61,841 nucleotides of DNA from Catajapyx aquilonaris (taxonomy: Eukaryota): NCBI GenBank assembly GCA_000934665.2, contig JYFJ02002164.1:1-61841 (forward strand). The letters are read 5' to 3'. Each line of letters starts with the position of its first letter. The first letter of the stretch is position 1. The notes beneath the pieces were generated by a model, which ran no database searches, was not told where the DNA came from, and was given only the letters and a program-made list of their open reading frames with translations. Positions 10,271 to 24,600 of this stretch are shown in pieces. Made by a program: the position numbers and the translations under genes.

Positions 10271-12718
10271 ATGGTGCCACCTGGCACAATGGCGGGTCTC
10301 GTCTTACTGCTGTTTTCACTAGCTGCTCAAGCACATAATTTGGATGGAAATGTTCCAGTCATTGAAGAGACTACGGTAAGTTAATTTCTGATGGCCATAG
10401 AGTGCAATGAAGTAGTGATTTTCTACTTTTTGTGAATACAGATGGACTTAATTCGTAAAGAAGGATTCACTGCTGAAGAGCATGCTGTTTACACTTCTGA
10501 AGGTTATGTGTTGCAATTGCACCGCATACCAGGGAAAGGTCCACCAGTGCTGTTTTATCACGGCCTGTTTGGAACTTCTGCGGACTGGGTCTTGCTCTCT
10601 GGAGACAAATCTCTTGGTGACTTGACATGTCCTATCCCATTATGTACAACTTGCCTATACCTTTCCTTTGCTTAGGCTTTATTACTGCTGCTGCTGGATA
10701 TGATGTGTGGTTGGCCAATGCCAGGGGCACGTCTTACAGTCGAAACAACACAGCACACTCTGTCTACAGTCGAATGTTCTGGAAGTTTAGGTAATTTTTA
10801 CCTATTCCTAAGCACACTAGGCTGATTTTGTGTGTATCAGAAGTTGCCACTGTTGAAACCTGAAACTTTTCAAAAATGTTCATCCCATACCTACCATGAT
10901 ACTTCACTCATATTGAATTTATATTTCCAGACTTGCATACAGTTAAACAGAGGCACTCCCTTTCCAAATTGTCATAATTTCCAATTTCCAAATTTCCAAA
11001 TTGACCTTTGAGGTCACAGTATGTTCAGAAATTGAAGCCGCCACGAATAATGTTTGTAAGTGACATTGGTTACAATCATCACTCACAACGTGATTCTGGG
11101 CGACCCTTCATAAATATTATTAATTCAACCAGAGACATCATTCTTATAATAACTTATAATTATTGTCAGACCTGTAGCAGTAGTAGTAATTATAAATAAA
11201 AATAATTATCAAAATAATTACTACTACTTCTACAGGTCTAACAATAATTATAAGTTTCTTGGAGCTTGCAATCACAGTAGAGTTTAAGAATCAAGGTTCC
11301 ACTGTTCAAAACAAATTATGCGCCATAAAATAGGAGTCTTCAATGCCAAGTGTTTAGCAGGAACCACATCAATAAACTGTTTCACTTACCAGTTTTACAG
11401 AGAGCGGTACACAAGACATTCCCCAACTTGCTGCTTACATTCAACGCTTGACTGGACGCAGGCAGTTGGCTTTTGTGGGCCACTCATATGGGACTAGTGC
11501 ATTTTTCGCTGGTGCTTCAGTGAGACAGGATTATGCCCCTACCTTCAGCGTGATGGTGGCCTTATCACCCCTTGCATTCTGCCAGCATATGCGAAGCCCT
11601 CTGAGGCATTTTGCATCATTCATTCGGGTCTGTCTGATCTAATACACTCTGCAACACGTCTTCATTTTATTATGTCAAATAGGTCTTGCATAAAATGATT
11701 TTGACTCAAATGGAGCATATGTGAAATAGAAAAATCCAGTGCAAATATTGATGCCCACATTCTGCATGTGGATTTCCAGCTTATTTTGTAGTCCTATTTT
11801 GTAGGGAGTTGAGGACACACTGGAGCAAGACTTGGAAATAATGGGTGGTAATGAATTCCACCCTCGGCAACTAGTGATGGCAGCATGGACTGTGCTCGGC
11901 TGCCAAGGAAATGTACTTAATTTCAATCTCTGCAACAACTTGAGATACTTCGTCGGTGGGCTCAACCCGTACATCACAAATATGGTGAGACGAATATGTA
12001 TTTGTGATATTTGTGATAAATGTGGAAACATAGTGTATTGTGACTGCCTGACATCGCCTGCTTGCTCATATTATTTGCAGAGTCAACTACCACATTTTGA
12101 AAGACATGCCTCAACTGCTTCTAGCCAAACAATCCTTCATTATATACAACTTATGAAATCAGGTAAGGCTGAATGAAATGCTGCATCTACCAGCCAAAAA
12201 TTGTTGCAGAACACTTTAACTCAAATAGCATGTCACTTGGTTTGTTGATGGTCTATCTTTGTTACCATTTATGATTTATGATTGAACAAAATTACCCCAA
12301 CTATATCCTTGGAGTGTATTTTAAACGGAATAATTACTGAATTTCTTATTTTAGGTACCTTTTCACCATACAACCAAGGAGTAAGAATGAACATTGCAAA
12401 CTACATGAGAGAGGTACCTCCTGAATTTCCTTTGCAAAAAGTCCTCACCCCAGTTGCTCTTGTGTGGAGTGATTATGACATACTTGCTGACCCACTAGTA
12501 AGGACCTCACAAGTTTTCTAACACCATAATTTGATGAGGTGACTTCATTCCTTTTTTGTTTTCAGAATGTGGTGCAACTGAAGAGCATTCTACCAAATGT
12601 TATCAATGATTTCCGAGTTCCACACTCTGCCTTTGGAAGCAATGATTTTCTCATGAGCAACGAGGCTCACAAACTGGTGTATCCACATGTCATAGACATC
12701 CTGAATCAGCACACTTGA
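10271..12718 (+). CDS. Acid lipase (lipase 3/gastric lipase family) homolog, catalytic His replaced
   Basis: Signal peptide (MAGLVLLLFSLAAQA), EEHAVYTSEGYVLQLHRIP, HGLFGTSADW, GYDVWLANARG, GHSYG nucleophile elbow, WSDYDILA, last exon FGSNDF. Exons ~10271-10375, 10442-10616, 10676-10790, 11393-11626, 11804-11984, 12081-12161, 12355-12497, 12567-12718. Confidence 0.88.
11151..11256. repeat. AT-rich intronic inverted repeat
   Basis: aacttataattattgtcagacctgtagcagtagtagtaattat / ataattactactacttctacaggtctaacaataattataagtt. Confidence 0.7.
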
Positions 12719-12909
12719 AAGTGGATATTATGAATGTCCTAGAAGCTGGAGTGTTTGTCAAAAGGTGAATAGTACTACTGACCACTATGCTATACGGCAG
12801 TGGAGTCATTCTGCAACAATGATATTCAATTTCCTTTCTTTACTTCCAATCAAGTGATATTTACCATTTTTCACACATGTAAATAAATAACTTCTGTTAT
12901 GTCCACCTG

Positions 12910-15682
12910 TCAGCGATGGCTTCCATGAGCTGTGCATGGCAGCTGTGTGTAACGTAAGCAGAATCCAACATTATCTACTTCTTTCTTGGAAAGCTCATCA
13001 TCATCAAAGGCAACACGAAGAGTAAATGGCTTGGTGTGACCTATCAATGGACAACATATTTGAAATAAATTTTCATACCATATCAATTGAAAAACTTACT
13101 TTCCACAGGGCATGGTTCTTTGGCCTTTTTGTTCAGGGAGCAAAATATGGTGCCACAGAAACGGTTGGCACAAGGTGATCCTTTCTTCTTCCCAGCCTGG
13201 ATCTGGAATAAATTGTTGCGGGAGATATAATGCATGGCAAATGTTACAAAAGGTTGACCTGACTTATTTTCAATTTACTGTGTGTGAGACATAAAATAAA
13301 AAGGTTACACATGTTATCAAAAATACATATCTAGCTAAACGCTTTCAACAATGGGTGCAGTAAAGCAAACCATGGCAGGAACTAATTTAAAGTAAACAGG
13401 CTGTGTACTAACTACAACTCTCAAGTAGGCTGGGATATCCGAACCTTCCGTAAGTTCCTGTCCTCTATAGGCAAGTCACCTCTCTTGATGGCACAAATCC
13501 TCACTGCCAGCCTTGTGCCCTAACCTAATGCTTCAGCCCACCTGTGACACCATTGACAAGCAAGAAATAACGTTTTACTGAATGGATTTTCATTATGTGA
13601 GTGGCCATTCAGGTCACAATGATTACTAACAGTAACTAACAAACCTATACTGGAACAGGCCATGGCCAGGGATGCTCCAGGTGGGTATTGTGCATGCATG
13701 GTCTTAGTATTGCATTTACTGACCAATTTATACAAACAGACCCATTAAAAAAGGTTAATTTTTTAACAAAAGTAAACACTTATTTGGGTATCATATAAAT
13801 TAGGATGGTTATAATGTCCTGCATGAGAGTAGTAACTTATTTTTAAAATCTCAAAATTGTACGTTTAGGGTCCCTAATGCAGCTGTCTGATCAAAATAAG
13901 CTAATGTCACAATTAAGTGTTTTGTATGGCTCTTGACAGCTGTCCGCACCAGGCAAGGTGAATACCACCTATAAAAATTAATATTGCTAGTGGCACAAAA
14001 AATCCAAAATATTATTCTGACTACAGGTTGCTTAAAATAGTACAATACCTTCTTGCCATCAGTGGTCCCACATGGTATCATGATGTGATCATAACTACCT
14101 TTCTTCTTTGGGTTCAAGCATTCACTATCTGTAAGGGCTTTTTCTGAAGTTAAGAAATGAAAGATTATATACCCTCTGTCCCTGAAAAGCATCAACAAAA
14201 TAACAACTGCAAATACCACATACTCTCATCTTTCCCAACACGGAAAGTCCCCTTGTGTGGGTCACACTCCTCATATTTGATGGCACAAAACCCAGCCTCC
14301 ATCCTTACGCATATAGTATACCATTGATTGGCCAAGTGCTGATCCCAACCATCAAAATTGAAGGATTTGATAACCCCAGACACACCATGGTGATACTGTA
14401 GGCATCCATCAGGTGCTCGATCGCAGCATTTTACCTGAGTGATCTGAGAAAAAGCTACTTTTAAATTGTCTCTAAGCATGTGAAGTTTAAAATATGGCAC
14501 TTACTTTTATATCCCAACCAGGATCTTTGTGATAACCAGCGGTGGTGACAGTGAGAGTAACAGGGCCATAATTGTGCCCACCTAAATCAACATACACTGA
14601 AAAGCAGATAATACTGATTTATTTGCTGCTTTGTTTGTCCTCTCTGCTTACCTTAAACCTCACTTTGCATTAGTGTAATTTATCAACCAGAATTACAACC
14701 CAACAATTGGCAGGAACATACTTGTGCTCAAGTTGAAAATTTATCTATGTATGTCTGTAATTTACTCAGAAAGTACAATTATGAGACTTACTGTGCTGGC
14801 CAGAATTCTTTCCACAAATGACAGGAGGATTCCAAGTGGCTCCAGTCACCAGGAAGGCATCCTTGTTGCACTGTCCTGAGAAAGGGTCAGGAGGGCCCTG
14901 CAAAAGAAATGCCCATACAAAACACTGCCGTTCAATGAGCATAAATTGACACGATTGTCCAGCTTACCAACTCAAAGTGAATGAAATCCAATCTCAACTG
15001 GCACACATCCGAATCAGACTTGTGGACGTGCAACTGACAGTTCAGGACAGGTCCAGCCAGATATCGTCCTTCCCTTGGGCTGGTGAAATATGTTCCATTT
15101 TCATGGGTGCTGTATCCACAAGTCCTCTGAACTACAAAATGCATTTTGGTAAATTTTCACATTATTAAGTAAAATTATCATATAAAGCAGAAGTAGTGTA
15201 ATTGAAAAACTTACATATGCAACAAACACCAAATCCAGAAGCACATGACCCAGTGGGATGACCTCCGCGTTCTCTGCATTCCCTAGCCGTGTAGCAAACA
15301 CCTGCAATGTGAAAAATTATCTCCTCACAAGGTGTATTTGATAAATTTTCAAAATCCTTACCTGAGCGGTGCGAATCAGCAGTCCAGCACGCTTCATTTG
15401 GAAACTTCACAATTGTAAATATGTTCAGAACTGTAATACAACACAGTTTAAAAGTAGAAACAAATATCACACAATTTGATTTTACATACACTTGTCATTT
15501 CTGCTGCTTGAATTGCTTCCTACTAGCACTGGTGATGAACTCTCCTCTGAATAGTTTCCAGAGAGTTTCAGTTCCCCTGAGTTCTGTATCACAACTTGGG
15601 CCTCACAAATAATGAGTCCTGCCCAAAGACACACCAGAACCGCTGAAATGCACTGGAGTTGCCACCACACAGAGACCGACAT
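12910..15682 (-). CDS. Secreted arthropod-type CUB-domain protein
   Basis: Signal peptide MSVSVWWQLQCISAVLVCLWAGLIICEA. Family-typical blocks LNIFTIVKFPNEAC, GVCYTARECRERGGHPTGSCASGFGVCC, DVCQLRLDF, ICGKNSGQH, APDGCLQYHHGVSGVIKSFNF, QHLANQWYTICVRMEAGFC and terminal VGFCLRYTQLPC. Multi-exon. Confidence 0.85.
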
Positions 15683-17338
15683 GTCTCTAGTCCGAAGGCT
15701 GTCCAGCAAGTGGCACCAGGAAATCTCCGTTCCCTGCCCTCCTTTAGCCTTTTATACCTCCATTCTTTTGTCTCACACTTGATTCGTACACTTCCACCCA
15801 CCCATCAGTTTTGGCCTGGCTCCTCAATGCATGCATTTATTCAGCAACCTACTATTTTCCCCAACAATATTTTAAAAATCACTCTTAGTCATGTCAGTTT
15901 CACCCGTGAAGGATATGGATGACACAGTAGTGTAGCGATTTAACCTGTTATCCCTTTGTATTGGACAAGTTAGGTGCCTGATTATGGAGGTGGATTTTTT
16001 GCATATGTGATTTCCAATAATATGATCGGATCTCACTGTCAGAGCTTGTGTGGGATTTCTCTCAGGTCACTGTTTCCTCCTATTTCAAGCTCCATCAACA
16101 ATTAGGTGCTTAAAAATAATAATAAAAACAAAGATTTCCTGATGAACTACCTTTTATTAACATCGATCGGTGACAAGTGGTGTCTGCCACCATCTGTTAA
16201 TGACGCAGTTAAATTACATGATTAAAAAGTGAACCAGTAGTAAATTTGGGAGCATGAAAGTTTTCATGGACAATGCATTGTGTTTGAAACCCTTCAACAC
16301 ACAATCCACTATTAGCCACACCCAAATTTGAGGAAGTGGAACAGGTGAATCCGTTATACCTTGGCAATGAAATACGGAACAGACGATTTACAGCACTAAG
16401 AACCGTATGGTATGGTCAAAATGCTTAGAATTATTTCAGCCTTTACCTTGTGCCCACTCCCACAAAAAATATCCTCATTTTATACTTGTGGGTCTCTTTT
16501 CCTGTCTTCACAAACTTTGGCACTTTTTCAACACCAAGGCAAATATTACCCTTAGTACAAGAAAGGTCACCCATGCAGGTCATTACTGTTACCTATTGAG
16601 GTAGCATTGTTGTCATTAAGTGAGGTCTTTTAATTAGAAAGTTAATGTTCTAATTCCCAATAATTATAAGGCAAATTCAGAACTACGTTGACGCACATAG
16701 CAAAACAATCCACCATGATGTTATTTGCATAATTCTCAAAAAGGTGGTTCTCTCAAAGTTGAATGCTTATAATTTAATTCCTCTACTTCTCACAAGCATT
16801 TCGTTGTTCTGATATTGCTTGTTAAATAAAAGGCAATAGGAATAGCAAATGTGTCAATGAGTTGTGAAAATAAAGCTGCAATGAATATAAACAAAGCCGT
16901 CTGTTGGCTACCTTCCAGCTGTTTTCTACTCTAACCTTCGTGGCAGTCTAATGGGATGTCATGCCAAATGGGTTGGTCTCAAGGAAGACAAGGCTGCATG
17001 CATAAGAAATTGGTTTACAAGCAATGCACATTGCTGTAAATTGTTAAAGAAATTAACATCAGATATTGACAAGTTGCGTTTATTCACACATTAGCACCAC
17101 ATTTGGTTCAACAGAAATAATCTTCCATAAAAATTAATTGAACAGCTATTCAACGTTTAAACATATGTACATTAATATTTTGCAGTTTTTTTCCTTCTAT
17201 TGCAGTAAACTTATTCAAATCCCTATTTATAAAAACTCTCCTCATCTGACCAGCAGTGATCAGAGTACACTTCATTAACATATTTAATATCCTTAATATC
17301 ATATACATTTTGCTTTTTTAAAAGTTAGTGAGGGCAAA

Positions 17339-20300
17339 CTAATCCATTTGCACACCCATTCCACAGCCTAGGAAATCCTGTATGAGGTACTTGAGCTTAA
17401 CAGGAAATAACCTGAAATAAATGGTTTTAATGTTATCATTGTCTTTTTTACAAGGAACAAGAAACTTTCTCAGGAATACTCACTTGGATGTGACATAAGT
17501 GTAGAAGAGTAAATCAGGTATTGTGACTTCAACATAGTTTCTCCTAAATCCCTGTATGATTTTCGCTGCTGCAGCACTAGGCTCTGTTATTGGTAAGAGT
17601 GATTGAAACCTGGAACAAACCCCATAACATTATACAGTCACCTCACAATTTACCTGCGGCAGCACTGCAGCAGTACCAGAAAAAATAGTTTCCAACATAA
17701 AAAGCAATGTCAGTAAAAGATTCAAACAGATAAATAAAAGTATGTGACAGAAAGTGAAGGTTCCTCTCTAGGTTCCCAAGAAAGCATCAAGACAGTGCTT
17801 CTCAAATTTTTATGACTATGTGCCATGAAGGGAACACAAAGGTTCTGCACCCCAAGTCGTGTGGTCACTTACCTCATAACGAAATTTTCCTCCACCTGTA
17901 AAATCCCACTACAAGACTTTTAATAAATTATTGACCCCGTCACAGTCCACTAGTTGGCAATGCACCACATTTTGAGAACCACTGAACTAAAACACTTGAT
18001 CAAGGTGCATAAGCATGACAGTTCTAAAGAGTTGTGGCCTACCATACTGAAGGTAAACAAGCATGTGCCTCAGTGAGAGTGTCGAAGGAATGCCCGCTTT
18101 TCTCAGAAGATATTATCAGCCTGAAAGAAGTGAATTGCATCCTCAACACCCAACACCATCAGTCCCACACATCCACCCCAAATATGAGTATCTATTAGAA
18201 TCACCAAACGACAGAGCTACGATTCATCAATTCTACGTGAAGGACATTACTTGGACAGCATGAGCAAACACAAGCACCCCATGTTAGTTTTGCAAGTAAT
18301 TCAAATTATGATTTGGGATGCCTTTCCCACCTTGAAAATGGTTTCTGCACCATTCCAGTAGCCATGAGGAAAGGATAGACAGTGGTGAAGTGGATGTCAG
18401 AGTTGCGAATATCCACTCGCAACTCCTCCTTAATTCCTTCCATAACGCCTGGCAGGATTATAATCAATAATCATCCATTTTTATACCTCACACACATTTC
18501 TCTTGACAATTGCTGATCAAATTGATTAGGAGTAATAAACTTACCCCTGACAGCAAATTTCGTTGCACTGTAGGGCACAGCATTGGCACAAGCAAGTAGT
18601 CCGGCAGCAGATGACACACTTACGATGTGGCCATGCCTAGCTTCAATTATGTGTGGCAAAAATTCCTGCAAGACCTGTAGTACAAGAAAATAACAATTAA
18701 CAAGACCAAGAAGATGTCATGAAATCTACCAATATTGGACCCTAGATCCAGTGGAAACTAGCCCATAACAGAACCTTTGTTTGGTCTCAGTACACAGGTA
18801 GTTCAAATGAACATGAGAAAAGAGCAATACTAATTTTATAAAATGCTCCTTTGGGGATGTGGTTCCAAAGGGACAATTGGGCACTCATATATGGGGCATA
18901 GATTTATCAATAGCTGGCATGTGAGACATATAGCATTTGTTTTAAAATGGTGGAGCACTTTCACACATGCATCAAGGAGAAGGGAGCTGAAATTCAGTTT
19001 TGTGCATAAACTGGGGTGGGGGGTGGAGGAAATCATCAAAATGTATCAGCAAAAGCATACATACTACAAATCTGTCATGTATCTTGCCATCACAAGTGGT
19101 GCAAAAAATTCCAGAAAAGTGGAGGTAGTCTGACATATGTGCAGGGGCTATGCCAGGCAAATGTATCTGTGACTCGTGCAATTTTTACACTCCACATACA
19201 CATGTGAGTGTTAGATAAATGGTGCATCCATTTTTGTGCCTGCAGCACAAAATCTAAGAAAGCTCACTTCCCCTCCTTGGTGAATGTCTTGAAAACAGCT
19301 GCTGTTCAATTCACACTACATCTATTGTCAAAGTACCTGAAGTTATGAGTTATGTATGAATCCACAACTGTCCTTATCAAGCAGCATCGATGACAGTTAT
19401 TTTTAATATTTTTATTTCATTTCTCTCATATTCGCAAGAGCTCTCTGCTCCTACTTGGGCATGCCAAAGATATGCAGTCATCTTTACACAGCAGCTCCAC
19501 CTTATGAGTCCACAATTGTCCCTCTTAAATGACAGGTTTTTGAAATGACCATGACACTTTTAACATCGTCATTTGATTGAGGTATCATTTCTGTTGCATA
19601 AAATGGCAGCTTGCTTCATACAAAAAGGTTTTTGCGATATACAGTAACTCTACTAGATGTAGGTTTCACTGTATTAATAATTTGATAATACCAAGTACAA
19701 TAACAACCACATCGTAAAATTCCACTACCAATATTCAGAGGTAGAGTACAGTACGGCATGGCATCATGTGGTGCTCATAATTAATATTCCAAAAGCACAC
19801 ATATACTAGTGCAATAGCAACAGCTAAGCCCTTTTTTCTCTTGCAGGTGATTAGTGAAAAAACATGTTTAAAATTGTATACTCCACCTCAACTTAATTTA
19901 CAATGGAAATATACAAATTTACAATAGAAATAAGCTTAAATGGGATATTCACCCCAAGCAATTTCCTAAATAGGTCATTGTCATTCAAGGCAGGATTTGT
20001 CAATTCAACTATGTTTGGCAAGGGTAGGTAGTGAGTGAAATATAAACAAGAGTAAAACAAACTGACCCATATACATCCAAGCACATTGACATCAAAAACC
20101 CTCTCAATCTCCTTGGAGCTCTGTTTGAGGAACTCCTTTGAGTGAAGTATGGCTGCATTGTTGATGACTATGCTCACATCTCCCACCTCTTGTCGCACCT
20201 GTCCTGCTACCTTCTGTACATTAGCCCGATTTGACACATCGCACTGGAAACCATATGTTCGTCCACCACTTTGTCGGGCCAGTCGGACAGTGTCTTCATT

Positions 20301-21645
20301 TCCTTTGGCATCTAAATCCCAGCACACAACCACAGCACCTAACTTTGAGAGCTGGATGGCAAGCTGTCGTCCCAAGCCATTTGCAGAACCAGTCACCTGC
20401 ATGGGAAGTTTGATAATTTAAAAATGCACATAACCCAACTCTAATCAACAAGCATTCTAAAAGTTAAAAATCTGTGTTTTAGTGAGATCGCATGGTTTAA
20501 AAAGCCAGAATTAAGTTAGACATCCTCCCTGAATTCCATATGTGTGTCAAATACAAACACTCTGCAACTCTGGATCTGGAAAGCTCCATAACCTAAATAT
20601 GCATGGAACACCAGAACTTCCTGATTCAGTAATCCAGGATCATGACTCACTCTTCATATCACAAAATAGTCTTGCTGCTGTATCTCTACCAGTATATACC
20701 AGTACAATATCATATTAAGTTGCACATCACTGACCTTACCATGGAGCTGCCCTTCACAACCCTCCTCACTTTCTCACAAAAACAACCCCATACCAACCCC
20801 ATTATATAGCAATTAGCGGAGCATATAACTTTACAAAAATGCACACGCCACAGTTCCACAACAAACAGCATTCTCAGCAAATACAGAAGAAAAAAGAAAA
20901 TCAAGGACAAAACTTCCTGTCAATAAATTTCAGCATTTACTACTACCAAAACAAGGAAAAAGGAAAAAGCGCTGGATCTTGTGCTCTTAATGTAACTGAC
21001 GCAAAAAAAAAAGAAGATATAGCTGTGTACAGTACATGAACTAGTGCAACATCCCATATAACAACTGTACACAAGATTGAATGTAGTAATTATTTAAGAA
21101 AAAATGGGTGCGCAGATGAGTACACAAATTCCTTAGTTTCAACAAGTCCAGCACTTGATACAGCCTCATGTAAAGCTAACAGTACTTTTTATGCAACCTC
21201 CCCCTTTTCCCCCATTCATTGACAACTTATCCCTCATAATCCCCTAAATAACAATCGACTGGCTCACAAATTATCGCATCCAATGAGACCATTAGCATGA
21301 CTTACACAATACAAGTCTGATATAGCGTAAGGCGGTAAAAAAATTTATACCGACACATAAAATCTTGTCCTACCACTTTCCCTTTCCGATCAGCCTCACA
21401 TCAGACACCATGCTGTGCAACAACATACCTTTTGTATCCAATAACCTGTTGCATGACCTAGTCACACCTGACACAATTACCAAGGAGTATGGTGCACTTA
21501 CCAATATAATCTCTCCTTCCAGTGACTTTTCAGCAGGAGGTACAATCATTCGGTAAAATCCCTCAATGTAGCACAAGATTGCTTGGAATGAAAGCCAAGC
21601 CAAATCCCATGTTATCACAAACAAGGAGTAGAGTTTTAAGATCAT
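17339..21645 (-). CDS. Short-chain dehydrogenase/reductase, SDR16C (RDH10/epidermal retinol dehydrogenase-like)
   Basis: N-terminal anchor MILKLYSLFVITWDLAW...EKSLEGEIIL, TGSANGLGR cofactor motif, INNAAIL, HIVSVSSAAG, catalytic YSATK, and C-terminal exons ending ...DFLGCGMGVQMD*. The start codon is uncertain (upstream exon candidates near 24357 and 24853). Confidence 0.88.
17793..17984. mobile_element. hAT-like MITE
   Basis: Termini cagtgcttctcaaa / tttgagaaccactg resemble the CAGTGGTTCTCAA hAT (Charlie-type) TIR. No TSD is preserved. Confidence 0.55.
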
Positions 21646-24600
21646 TGTGGGCCTCACACTCTTCAGGTAGGGCTTAGCGCTATAAAAAGAAGAGAAGAGA
21701 GTCCACATGAGTCCATTTTTTCCCTTCAAGTCTTGCATGACCAGCTCTTGCAAAACCAGCATTACATAGCATAGTTATAAACAAAGAGTGTGTGACATGA
21801 AGTATTGCATCCAATCACAACTATAGTTCAGTCATTGACTTTGGAGGTCACTGAATGTTTCCTCAGTGTAAAAAAACAGTGGTGTCTAAATAGGGTTCAA
21901 AATTATAGCATCTTACAACTCAGCATGCCACAATGATTTGCTTTAAATGTTTAACCACTTTTCCTCTATTTAGCAATACACCAGGAAGTAAGGGTAATGT
22001 TTAAAAGTATCCTGGTAGTAAATATTTTAATTTTGGAGCTTGCACTAATACACCTCATAAAAACCCACATTCAAGTAGGAAAAAAATGAGGAAAGAAAAA
22101 TCATCATCCCTGATATAAAATACACTTTCATACATTTACACTTTCATACATACTTGATTCATTTACACTTTCATACATTGTGGTGTCAAGCAACCTTTGG
22201 TGATTGGTTTGGATTACTGTTGGGGGGGGGAGGGGGGGGGGGAGAAACAGTTTTTTTTTGTAATTGAACCAGATTGGAAAAATTTAAGGTTGTAGCACTG
22301 TATGAGAGACAGTAGTTTTGGTGCACAGAAACCAACAAAAAATGTGGTAGGGGTGCAATAACTGTTGTTTGAATAAGAAATGTGTTGCCCAACAACTTAC
22401 ATGCTGACACATCCAACACACTGGCAAGCCCTCTCACACACTGTCACACAGAATTCCACATTTCTTAACTCCCTGTAATGGGTTCAAGGTCTACCTTCTG
22501 ATAACAAATAGGATGCAAGGCACTATGACATTCTGAACTTACATTGGATAAGATTGATGGAATTGCAGGGAATCTGGTGGTTAGTTAATTTCTGTAGTGT
22601 TTTCCTAACACAAGCCAAAAACATCCTTAGGATTTCAAATTACACATATGGAAATGTAATACCATGGTGAACTGTTTAGCATTCATTACTGGCATTAAAT
22701 GCCCAACGCCTGTACGTTGATGTACAATGTGCAAGTTCAATAACTCATCAGATATCAACATTAGATCTATTAGATCAATTTCCTATGCTTCCACTGCACA
22801 TTTTCCTAAAATAGTACTTGAAGTGATCCAATCTTGATTTCATGAATACTCCACTTCCGTGCAACAATAAATATCTAAAAGCGGGTTTGAGAGGAACATG
22901 ATATGAAGTTGATCTAAAAATAATTTATCAAGCAGCTGAGGGGAATGTAAATGACCCCAATATTCAACATCCCCCAAATAGTTTTGATGGATGGGGGCAG
23001 GGCACAGAAAGGGCAGTGACCAAAATCCGAGTTATCAGGTTGTAGTCTACATAGAGTATTGAGCCTTGCCACTAGTAGTGACCATGAGCCACTGCAGCTT
23101 AAAATGGGATAGCTCAACCTATGCAGCCCTAGATTTTTTAAAAACATTCTATGTATGTAACTATGTATATGTTTCTTTGACCAGAAACTACCACTGTAAA
23201 CCATACACAGTGGATCATTTGTAGTTTTGTTCATAGCATTACCAGGGGGCTTTCAAACACTCTCCAAATCCTCTGATATCTCTGGAGACCTTTGGTCCTT
23301 TTATTTGTTTGAGGAAGTGGCCTTTAACTTCAGAGGTTCAGAGGCCTGGTAATGCCTCAGACTCCCCATGGGAAATGTAATATGGAGAATAAGATTGAAG
23401 CTTAAATGGGCATATCATGGTAACTACTGTTGCAACCAATCACATTGAGAGTTGGAGTAGTTACCACAGTGATCGTCAAACATCCAGTGCTGGAGTAGAC
23501 AGCCTATACTTTTCTAGATTGTTGTATATGGTGTTGGAACGCTTACTTTTACAGCATCACAATATAAGCAATTATATGACCATTCAAAATTCATCCCATT
23601 TCCTTGGCTAGAAAAGCTTAGCCAACTAAAGCAAGGGGAAGGCAGACATATGGGGATGGGGATGGAGATGGAGGTAGCTCCCCAGAATTTAGGGCGAATA
23701 ATAAGCCCTAGCTTTCTTTTCTTATTGACGCCAAGTTGGTGTCTGTTTTGTTCCACCTTGAATAAATTTCTACTGGAATACCCACCAAGGAAGACATGTG
23801 AACAGAAAACATGACATCATAACTGCACATCTTATGCCTTTTAACTGACTTCACAACCAAAGGACCACATCATGTGTCCAATATGTCCCTTTGACTGTAT
23901 ACTTTTTGGTTATTAAATAACTACAAATAAATCTAATGCGTATTTTTTGAATGCATATGTAACTTTTACCTTAAATATGCATAAAACTGCCAATGTCATA
24001 TTGTCATAATCATGCTGCATGATCTATCAATGTATCAGTATTCCATACCATAATATGTACGTGCCAGACCACTAGCACACAGCCCTGTTATGAAAAAATG
24101 GCACAAATCTATTACGCAATAGTGTAAAATCGTCCCACTAATGACTATTGAAAATTCTCTTGCACATAGGCAAATGTTTTCTTCTTTCATTCTGGGTGTT
24201 TTCTGGGCGAGGGGCTAAATAAACACTCAGGCCCAGTTCCACCCCCAAAGATGACCTCTTGATTGCACGTTCATTACAAACAATTAACATGAACCAATAC
24301 ACGTGAGCAACGCAACCAAGTCTATGGGCACACAATATTCCAGTGTAGTGCGCTCACCTGTAGTGCAGCCGCAGCAATAACAGATCATGCTGTTTCCTGG
24401 CAACCTCCTATGCTGTCAGCCCCTGCATGGTCCTCCGACTACAGGGTCTAACAATCTGTCCACTGCCACAGCATCCCTCCCTCCCTATTTGGCCCCTGGG
24501 AGAACAAACCCTAGTGCCCCTGACAACACCAGGTACCAGACGGCCCACAGCAATATAGGGGACACCCACACGACCCACCCAGACCTGCCTGGATACCACC

